From Octopus sinensis (Eukaryota), in assembly GCF_006345805.1 (NCBI RefSeq), contig NC_043011.1, positions 26,300,464-26,364,463 of the forward strand: a stretch of 64,000 bases of DNA, written 5' to 3'. The position numbers were made by a program, and so were the translations under genes. This document shows positions 54,122 through 64,000 of the stretch, piece after piece. Numbering within the stretch: the first letter of the stretch is position 1; each line of letters starts with the position of its first letter. The notes beneath the pieces are model-generated. The model had not been told where the DNA came from, did not search any database, and worked only from the letters and a program-made list of their open reading frames with translations.

Positions 54122-54759
54122 GCGTGTGTGTGTGTGTACAAAACATATGGTATCTAATCGTTGGTAAGATTCTTTACAATTTACCATATGACAACCGTAA
54201 CACCAAGTACATCACACATACAAGCTATGATAGTAAAAGAAATAATCGTAAAATCATGACAGGCTAGAGTCAAATAGCAAATCGAACAAGCTTGAACGAA
54301 ATAGAAATAAAAATGTCTTCAATTCGAAGGCCGGAAATACCTGGTCTGTTATTCTCAAGCAAAAAAAAAAACTTATGTGAGTTGGTTGTTGCCTTTGATA
54401 TATATATATTTAAAAAAAGCTGCTCTTCGACGTTCGGACTGATCCGTTGGTCAGAGCTAGTTATAGTGTATTCAATTTTTAGGATGACAGTAAAGTGATG
54501 AGTGTCCCCAAAACCCATGACAGCAATTAGTGCAATTCTGAAGACAATTACTATGATAACTAGTACCAATGGTCACCGCTCTCAAAAGGTCGGTTGCCAT
54601 TGCTGACCCTTAGACCAGCAAAGTGTCTGGCAGTAACGAGGTAACTCTAGCCTGTTAACAAAATTATCTGTGTATTATAAGATTTGCGTGATTCAAAATG
54701 GTTTGATGTTTCTTTGTGAGCTGGACGCAATATTGATGACGACGAGAAAGCCTAGTTAC

Positions 54760-54810
54760 CTGTTGGTGTTTTAAATTGATGTGGCAGTAAACCACGTGGA
54801 GAAGAAGCCA
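54760..54810 (-). CDS. Probable DUF885 gene exon: (V)ASSPRGLLPHQFKTPT(E)
   Basis: Pyrimidine-rich acceptor ...ttttcttatattgctactacAG and donor CAG|GTAACT. 51 bp, phase 1-1, joining in frame to 53552. No family motif in this segment. Confidence 0.55.
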
Positions 54811-55761
54811 CTGTAGTAGCAATATAAGAAAATAAATGAGAAGATAGAACTTATGCAAGTCGAGTCAGAGGTTTGAGTATGCTTTTTAGAGTTTCCTTTT
54901 TCACTTTCTCTTCATAGTTACTCATCATTCATGGACAATTTCTTCCATGTTAAAAACAGTTTTTTAACCAAATGCTCTGCATCAGTACTGATTATCCTTA
55001 ATTTCTCCAGATGTTTCGGGATCATTTCAGTCAAGTATTTTTTCGACACTCTTCTGTGTACTTTCCATTCTTAAAAGTAAAAACATGTGAGTAGTTTGTG
55101 CGGCAACCTTAAATGTTCGCCTCAAATGGCATTATCCTCTCGAACACTGAATCGGATTTAATTCGGAAATATTCAGTTGAATAAACAATTTCGTGCATGC
55201 AATCCTTCCACTGACGTTTAATTTGCGGTAGACTGAGGATTTAGTAAAAGAATTTCATTTGAAAGGCTTCTAACTTATTCAAATTGTTACGGTGTAATAT
55301 TCATAGTTCTATAGAAAACAACAGAAGTGATACAGTATATCGATAAATGTGAACTGATTTACGGTCTTCCTGAGAACAATGCCAGTGATGCTATGCTTAG
55401 ACAAGTGAAAGGTTAAAGGCTAGACTAATACGCTGGTCAAAGGTAGGAGATTAGACTAATATTGACTACCTCTTCCCAGAGGTAAAAATGAACTTGCTTG
55501 ATACCAACGCCTCTACCTCCAGAGAAAGTAAGTTTGTAGAAGCATCGGTGACAATTCAAAACCTACAACACCTGTGAGGGGAAGGCCTTCCCTCGGGGAG
55601 AAGATATAACACGGTGTAGCAAAATCCGAAAGGCAGAGCCGAAAAAAGCACGGGTCCAACTGGAGAGAAGCAGAAAAGACAGCACAAAATCAAGAACTGG
55701 AGAAAAGTAGCCGAAGGCTTATGCTCCATAGGGAACGAAGGGCTTAAGTAAGAAAATAAAA

Positions 55762-56402
55762 AGGCGCAGGCGTGGCTGTGTGGTAAGAACCTTGCTTCCC
55801 AACCACATAGTTCTGGGTTCATTCCTGATGCGTGGCACTTTGGGCAAGTGTTTTCTACTATATTCCCGGGCCGAGCAAAGCCTTGTGAGTGAAGTTGATA
55901 GAAAGAAACTAAAAGAAGCTTGTCGTATATGTATATATATATATTTCGTTACTACCCACAAGGGGCTAAACACAGAGGGGACAAACAAGGACAGACAAAG
56001 GGATTAAGTCGATTACATCGACCCCAGTGCGAAACTGGTACTTTATTTATCGACCCCGAAAGGATGAAAGGCAAAGTCGACCTCGGCGGAATTTGAACTC
56101 AGAACGTAACGACAGACGAAATACCGCTAAGCTTTTCGCCCGGCGCGCTAAAGTTTCTGCTAGCTCGCTGCCCTAATATATATATATATTTGTGTATATG
56201 TGTGCGTGTATGTGTGTGTGTGTGTATGTGTGTGTGTGTGTATGTGTGTGTGTTTCGTCCCCGTAACTTAATGGTTCCGCAAAAGAGACCGATAGAATAA
56301 GTACTAAGCTTACAAAGAATAAGTCTTGGGGTGAATTTCTTCCACTAAAATCTCAAAAAGGATGTACTCCAGCTTGACCGCAGTCAAATGACTGAAACAA
56401 GC
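55762..56402 (+). mobile_element. SINE A interrupted by a full SINE B (55943-56174, minus)
   Basis: The A head and A tail flank an intact antisense B copy sitting in the (TA)n segment. Confidence 0.85.
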
Positions 56403-57283
56403 TAAATGCAAGGTCAAATCTGATATTGATATTTAGTTGTTGAGAGTAATCTTCATAATAGAGTTTGATTACAGACGGATTCGTTTCACACGTGATAATT
56501 GCCGTTCAACTCCGATCCATTAATGAACGAGTAAGTATCTCGTGTTCAGTTTCGTCAATTTTCATGAATCCAACGCTCATACTAAAATGGGTTGCAGTGC
56601 CCCAGCATGACCATACTCCACTTACTTCAGCGAGTTAAAAACACGGGCGTAAGAGTAAGATATCAATATGATACACTTACATTCTTCTGTCCACTAAAAG
56701 TATCACAGGAAATATATTCCCGAAACCCCGAAATGGTTATATCACTTAACATAAACAATGATTTTTGTTCAGCTACGATGTCAGTTTATGAACCAAACCA
56801 GTAGTTGGTAACATATGTCTAATATCAAGTGTTCCTTATACAACAATTTGTAATGCCATCTGATGACGACCACACATTCTTAACATAGTCAATAATACAA
56901 AAAGCCTGGTTTTTGTCTTGGAACGTCAAACAAATATTTTGGCTCAAAAACAGTTGTTGATTTTTCACAAAGCATACATACGCCCTGTTGTGAGAAAACT
57001 CCCCATATATTTGGGGCAATGTATACAAGCACTACCAGGCTACACATAGAACCCCACGGGAACCCCTAGGCTTGCTAGGATTGTTAATAAAATGAAATCC
57101 TATAGTCTTAACCAAAAATCAAAGAAACAAAATAAGGAAGTCTTAAGATAAAGAAACGATTGTCACGGTGGAACGCTTTTGATCAGAGGTAAACAATAAC
57201 ACGTATTCGTGCAATATACATGAATACACTTACAGACATACAAACAAATATACGTAAATAGAATGCATATGTACATACATACA

Positions 57284-57383
57284 NNNNNNNNNNNNNNNNN
57301 NNNNNNNNNNNNNNNNNNNNNNNNNNNNNNNNNNNNNNNNNNNNNNNNNNNNNNNNNNNNNNNNNNNNNNNNNNNNNNNNNNN
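57284..57383. other. Assembly gap (100 N)
   Basis: Run of exactly 100 N, the usual placeholder for a gap of unknown size. Confidence 0.99.
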
Positions 57384-57461
57384 CCCATCCTCGGCAGACA
57401 GGGAGCGAAATAAATGTTAAACTGTCCGCCAAACATGGACTTTAGGGCCCGTGGCTCGTGG

Positions 57462-57503
<42 letters not shown>

Positions 57504-57504
57504 T

Positions 57505-57550
<46 letters not shown>

Positions 57551-57906
57551 TATGTGTATGTACACATATACATACATAATGTGTGTATGTGTGTGTGTAT
57601 GCTCTATGTATATATATGTATGTGTGTGTACGTGTATGTGTAATTGTTATTTTTTTCCCCTTTTAATACAGAATGAAACACAATTAAAGTCAAATCACTC
57701 CAAACAAAAAGCAGAAGAGAAATATTTTCATTTATTAAAGTTGGAGTAATGACTTTTGCAGGCCGAACCAGTTCTGTTTCCTTCCTTTTAAGAAATCATC
57801 CAAGAATCAGACGAATTCTTGAAGAGAAGGAAGCAGAACTAGTCCTGTAACAATCATTAATTTAATAAATGCGTATAACACACACACACACCACACACAC
57901 ACACAC

Positions 57907-57944
<38 letters not shown>

Positions 57945-58439
57945 GTCCCGTACCCTAAAAATATTTGGCTTTCAACCATCGTTGCAAAATCATTAAGAAA
58001 ACTCATCTATACACCGCTTGAACATTTCCTGCATTCCTAAGAAATACTTTTTCAACAACATTGACATTGCAATGAAATCGAAAACAATGTTGCAAAGATT
58101 GGTAAATTTGGAAGAATTCGTATAAAATTCATAAGAACTCTTATAATATGTAATATTTCAACGAGTTCCATTGGTAAATAAAATTATCGAAGTTTGGGGT
58201 ACGGCATAATCGGTAGGATTTCTTTTTTTATCTTCTGAATGCAATGTAAAAAATAGATAGTTGTCCTCCTTTGTTCTTGAAGGGTCTTTAGAATAACCGT
58301 CAATATCCACCCCACCCGCCCACGCACACACACACACACCAAATTGGTGCACTCGTGTCTATTGTAGATATCTTCAAGTTAAACTGCCTATCTTCGTGCT
58401 CCAACCGTTTCTCATATCTGAAATCGGAAACTTCTTGTG

Positions 58440-58700
58440 AGCTCTAACCATCGGGGTTTGTGCTGATAGTACTCTCTTTCACTCCTACCAATTCTGGTTT
58501 TCTCCAAGGTTCCGTTTTGTCTCCCGTACACTGCTTTCAATACTTCATCAACATGCATGTCATCATTCCCAACAACACTTATTCCTATGTAGATGGAACT
58601 ATCTTAAATTCTAACTTAACTCACCCAAGCGTTAGACACATGCAGCTTAAACTCCTAACATTAAACCTATAATGATTCCATTAAAAAACACCTCGAAACT
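58440..58700 (+). mobile_element. Degenerate LINE reverse-transcriptase fragment
   Basis: SGFLQGSVLSP...YFIN...YSYVDG resembles GVPQGSVLSP...YIND...YADD. Confidence 0.6.
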
Positions 58701-58807
58701 ATTTTCCAACGGGGTTATGCCCTTATCAGTACAAATACACAATCAAAGTGTATCATTGGCGATTTTCTTTCTCCGTCTTCCCTTCCTTGAACCTTTCCTT
58801 TTTCTAT

Positions 58808-58842
58808 GCTTCTGACGAAGAGCTCCGCTCGAAACGTTAGGT
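58808..58842 (+). ncRNA. Candidate minimal type I hammerhead ribozyme within a Penelope-like terminal repeat (~58745-58940)
   Basis: CTGACGA-A-GAGC-tcc-GCTC-GAAA-CG-TT, with a short stem I (gctt/aggt). Confidence 0.55.
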
Positions 58843-58940
58843 CCTCCTTCTTTCTTTCCTTTCCTGAGCGTCCAATAACACCATATTTGTTCCACGTCCT
58901 CGCGTTGTTGTGTTTTATCTTTGTTCATGTTTGGATTAAC

Positions 58941-58981
<41 letters not shown>

Positions 58982-59036
58982 GGAGAGAGAGAGGGGGGGA
59001 GAGAGGGAGAGAGGGAGAGAGAGAGAGAGAGAGATG

Positions 59037-59096
<60 letters not shown>

Positions 59097-59694
59097 CATA
59101 CATACATACATACATACATACATACATACATACATACATACATACATACATACATACACAATAAGAGCGCGGCGAGCAGGCATAATTGTTAGCGCGCCGG
59201 GCAAAATGTTTAACGGCATTTCATGCATCTTTATGGTCTGAGTTCAAATTCTGCCGAGGTCGACTTTGCTTATCACCCTTTCAGATTGATAAGATAAGTA
59301 CTAGTTAAACAACGGGGTCGATATAACTGACTTATCTCCTCCCACGAAATTGCTGGCCTTGTGCCAAAATTTGAAACCGATATACATATTCAAGTAAAAC
59401 AATACTTAACAACACCCCGCTATACCTGAAGCACATTCATCTAAAACCCACAAAGCCGCTGCGTATGCGGGGGCCTCACCATCACTTCTACCAACCAACA
59501 ACAACTTCAATACCGACAGAAGCACCATCACCACTACCACCAGCACTACTACCGCCACCACCACCACAAAACTCTACGACGATAGTAAATAGTAACAAGA
59601 GGCAAGGGTTTGTTTAGATTACAAACACAGAACCAGACTCTTTGACAGTCTCAAGTTTGACACACATGTTTTAATGTAAATATTTGTACACATC

Positions 59695-59734
<40 letters not shown>

Positions 59735-60078
59735 ATGCGTTTGTGCGTGTGTGTGTGTTGAGAGGCGCCTGTACGAGTGTGGGTGTGCGTACATGAGTGT
59801 GCGCACGTGCATGTGTAGGGGGAACGGTGATGCGGAGGTGGGGATAGAGATGGCGGGGTTCATATGTAAATATCTTAGTGTATGAGACTGTATGTGCATT
59901 TTTTATGTGTATTTTTTTCTTTGAGAGTATTGTGGGGTAATATATGCGCGTGTATATGTATTTGTGTGTGTGTGTGTATGTGTGTCTATATATATATGTA
60001 CGTGTCTTTATGCTTGTATGTTATGTGAGTGTGCCTGTACGCTATATATATACACACACACACACCACACACAAACAC

Positions 60079-60124
<46 letters not shown>

Positions 60125-60127
60125 CAT

Positions 60128-60165
<38 letters not shown>

Positions 60166-60258
60166 ATATACACACACCATATATACATTATATATACATT
60201 AATATACATAATATATATATAATATAGTATATATTATATATATACATACCATACATAC

Positions 60259-60289
<31 letters not shown>

Positions 60290-60370
60290 TATACATACTA
60301 TATATATACACACACATATATACATATATATATATATATATTATGTATAATATATATATATATATATACA

Positions 60371-60402
<32 letters not shown>

Positions 60403-61152
60403 ATATATATATATATATATATAACACATATATATATATACATGCATAAACATACATACATATACATGTGTGTGTGCGTATGTTAGTGTGTGTGGATGTA
60501 AAGTGTATACATGTATGTGTGCGATCGAAATTGCTTCTATATGTGCTTGCGTATATGCATGTGAACTTGCCTATATATGTGCGTGTGTATAGACGTATCT
60601 ATATGTGTGTATGTGCGTGCGTGTACCAATACGTATGCATGTGTGTGTGCGCGCGCGCGTGTATGTGTGTATCGGTGTGTATTTGTGTGTGTGACTGTGT
60701 GTGTGTGCCTGAAATCGTATACATGTTCGCGTGAATGCGCGTAATTGCACGTGAATTTGATAGTCTTTGGACGACCATGGTTATACAATTACACATCGAA
60801 CTGCAACCATAAAAAAAAAAATAATATTGTTATGGGAGGTCTGTGGTGCCAGCATCCACAGGCTAGAGAAAAGTGATACAAGTATTTAATGAGGAACAGA
60901 ATGAAAAAAAGTCTTGCGTCGTAATACATTCCTGACAGGCAGTGAAGGCTAATACGACGATATAAGTGGAATTTAAACGGATATCAATGACTCTATCACG
61001 ATGTAATAGTTTCGGAATGAACACACGATCTTGGATATGGTTACATGTCAAGCAGTACTACTCCAAATCGTTTTCCATACAGCTTACTCACTCACACACA
61101 CACACGCACGCACACACAAACACACAGACACACACATGCTTACAGCTATATG

Positions 61153-61197
<45 letters not shown>

Positions 61198-62104
61198 CAG
61201 CTATATGTTATATATATATGTGTGTGTGTGTGTGTGTATGTGTGTGTGTGATATATATTTGTGTGTGTGTGTGTGTGGTTTGTGTGTGGTGTGTGTGTGT
61301 GTGTGTGTATATATATGTATAATATATATATATATACATATATATATGGGAGAGTTTACGAAAAAAAACAACAAAAGACGAAGGCAGGTGGTGTACAAAA
61401 CAAACAGATGTATTAGTAAAACGCTCAGGAATAGAAAAAGTCTTTTACGTTTCGAGCCTACGATCTTCTACAGAAAGGGACACTGAAAACAAGGAGAGAA
61501 ACAAGGAGAGAGAAAAAAAATGTGTGTAGTCGCTAACGATGTATCATGGCGTACATATATGTGGCAGGGTGCGTGTGTGTGCGTGTATCTGTGGAAGCGT
61601 GTGGCCCAGTGGTTAAGATGTTGGACTTGTGATTGTAAGATTATGGTTTCAATTCCTGGACCGAGCAACGCGTTGGCTTCAATCCACTCAGCTGAAAAAA
61701 ATGAGTGATTCTGGCACGGAAACCTGTAAAGCGGCCCTTATGAGCCCACAGGGCTCAAGGAGGATGTTTTATCCTTGTATATGCAAGTGTGGGAGTGAGT
61801 GTGAATGTTTTTTGCTTGAGTTTATTTTTTTTATATGTAATTTTTTCTTTGAGTTTAATCTAAGTTCTTCAGAGTGTTCAAGCCGGTCTGTAACAAAGCA
61901 ACAAGACTTTTTGAATTAAGAGAGTTCCCGGTGTTAGTACATATGTGATTGAGTTGGTACATTGGTTGAATTGACGATGAATACACCCAAGGCAGTGCAT
62001 CTATCCACATAAGAATCTCAGATGACGAATTTTGGGAATATATCATATTCTTATGTATGTATGTATGTATGTATGTATGTATGTATGTATGTATGTATAC
62101 TCTT

Positions 62105-62517
62105 ACTATTTTACTTGTTTCAGTCATTTGACTGTGGCCATGCCGGAGCACCGCCTTTTAGCCGAGCAAATCGACGCCAGGACTTATTCTTTGGAAGCCT
62201 AATACTTATTCTATCGGTTTCTTTTGCCGAACCGCTAAGTTACGGGGACGTAAACACACCAGTATCGGTTGTCAAGCGATACTGAAGGACAAACAGAGAC
62301 ACAAAAATACACACACACACAACACACACACACACATATACATACCTATATACGACGGGCTTCTTTCAGTTTCCGTCTACCAAATCCACTCACAAGGCTT
62401 TGGTCGGCCCGAGGCTATAGTGGAAGACACTTGCCCAAGGTGCCACGCAGTGGGACTGAACCCGGAACCATGTGGTTGGTAAGCAAGCTACTTACCACAC
62501 AGCCACTCCTACGCCTA
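62105..62517 (-). mobile_element. SINE family A, full length
   Basis: Matches the family consensus. Confidence 0.85.
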
Positions 62518-62548
62518 CATGTATGTAAGTATGTATGTTGTATGTATG

Positions 62549-62577
<29 letters not shown>

Positions 62578-62579
<2 letters not shown>

Positions 62580-63062
62580 GAGGTGGTATCAAACGGTTCC
62601 TGGACAAGTTATGTTCAATAAAATATAACTTATTTACCTAAGTTTTAACGTCATCTCCTTCGAAATCGTCACCTTGCGCAGCAACACACCGGTGCCAGTG
62701 TCTCTGCCAGTTTTGGAATCCGTTTTGGAAGTCGTTTTCCGTAAGCGAGTCGAGGACCTTCTGCGATTCGCACTTGATCTCGACAATAGTGTTAGAACGG
62801 CGATCTTTGAGCTGCATTTTCATCTTGGGGAAGAGACGGAAGTCCACAGGTACTAAATCTGGTGAGTAGGGTGGGTGTGGAAGCGATACCATGTTGTTTT
62901 GGACGAGAAACTCGCGAATGAGGAGAGCTCGTTGACAGGGTGCATTATCGTCGTGAAGAATTGAATTCTTCGCGCTCTACAGATCCGGTCGCTTTCACCG
63001 AATGTCCTCCCTCAAATGCTTCAAAACGTTGTAGAAGAACTCTCGATTGACGGTCTGGTCCT
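62578..63062 (-). mobile_element. Mariner (DD34D) transposase 3' remnant with TIR
   Basis: LHDDNAPC...LPHPPYSPDLVPVDFRLFPKMK...W.RCV...GDDFEG, with in-frame stops upstream. The 5' side is cut by a SINE A at 63064. Confidence 0.88.
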
Positions 63063-63204
63063 TAGGCGCAGGAGTGGCTGTGTGGTAAGTAGCTTGCATA
63101 CGAACCAGATGGTTCCGGGTTCAGTCCCACTGCGTGGTACCTTGGGCAAGTGTCTTCTACAATAGCCTCGGGCCAACCAAAGTCTTTATTTATCTATTTA
63201 TCTC

Positions 63205-63351
<147 letters not shown>

Positions 63352-63471
63352 TCTTTATGTATATGTCGAAGTGATTGCTGAGTAAGGTGAGACAAAGTGT
63401 TTTGCTGAGAAACACAACGCACAACGGAAATTGAGAACAAAATCTCGCGATCATGAGTGCAACATTTTAAC

Positions 63472-63655
63472 CAGCACTGTCGTAAGGCTTAGGCACACTG
63501 GGCAATTGCGCAATTGCTCGGGGGCCCTCATAGGTCTAGGAGCCCGGTTCCGATCTGTGTATGTTGTGACTTACTGTAAATAAATCAATATTATAGTGAC
63601 CAGTGCATTGATTTACCTGGGTTGAGCCTATAAATCTGCTGCTAAGACAGCCCTG
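63472..63655. mobile_element. hAT-like MITE inserted in a SINE remnant
   Basis: Imperfect TIRs cagcactgtc / gacagccctg with a degenerate 8-bp TSD attttaac/actctaac. Confidence 0.6.
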
Positions 63656-63975
63656 ACTCTAACCATTAGGCCACACACATTCGTGATTCTATTGATCCTG
63701 CGTGTGTCTGAGGCAACAAACACACGCCAACATCACTTCATTCGGAAGATGAGACAATTATGGTCAAGAACTGCCGATGCTTAAATTTTGGAACTTTACT
63801 ATTCCAAAAAAAAAAACTGCAGGGAATTCAAAAGAAAGTGTATAAAAAAAATTTGATGAATACGAGAAAAAGTAGGGCAGAGTCGTGTTTTCAATACAAC
63901 GCACGTGCGCGCGCGGATGGAGATAAACACACGCTGTATAGACAGTTCAACATCATCATTACTTTGCCACCTTAC

Positions 63976-64000
63976 CAGTAACCACGCTTATCATAACCCT
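63976..64000 (-). CDS. Possible 5' (signal-peptide) exon of the DUF885 gene, cut by the window edge: RVMISVVT(V)
   Basis: TG|GTAAGG donor ending in phase 1, which matches the phase-1 start of exon 54760-54810. Codons are hydrophobic. Only 25 bp are visible. Confidence 0.25.

Larger units (their letters stand above)
3226..54810 (-). other. Multi-exon gene span (incomplete at both ends) encoding a DUF885-family putative zinc metallopeptidase
   Basis: Eleven exons with AG acceptors and GT donors splice in matching phases into one stop-free 390-codon ORF, plus a probable 51-bp upstream exon. The protein shows DUF885-type motifs: NPEFATY..HDYNDKL, EYIP..R...G...L..G..YY, G..E..RI, HETNPGHHFQ. Confidence 0.9.

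Noticed and set aside
54664-54858. Hydrophobic ORF MHKFYLLIYFLILLLQW... as the signal-peptide exon
   Set aside because: It starts at TTG, and its hydrophobic part is the pyrimidine tract of an acceptor. It reaches the donor in phase 0 whereas the next exon needs phase 1.
57163-57577. ORFs spanning the N run
   Set aside because: Artefacts of the assembly gap and adjacent microsatellites.

Overview
This is AT-rich, microsatellite- and SINE-dense animal genomic DNA; the repeat repertoire suggests an octopus (inference). Almost all listed six-frame ORFs are artefacts of microsatellites or SINEs. The one real protein-coding locus is a minus-strand, intron-rich gene that I reconstructed by hand. 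Eleven phase-consistent GT-AG exons (53552 to 3226; 390 codons) plus one probable 51-bp upstream exon encode a DUF885-family putative zinc metallopeptidase ending in ...TLHETNPGHHFQ. Its start codon and 3' end were not found in the window. The introns carry at least three tRNA-derived SINE families, remnants of CR1, RTE, R4/Dong, Penelope, Gypsy, Tc1/mariner, pogo, hAT and Helitron elements, a full-length 5S rRNA copy, and minimal hammerhead-ribozyme-like motifs. A ~1.08-kb near-perfect palindrome is built from an RTE 3' end and a 28S rRNA fragment. There is a 100-N scaffold gap. All family assignments are from motif recall, not database searches.
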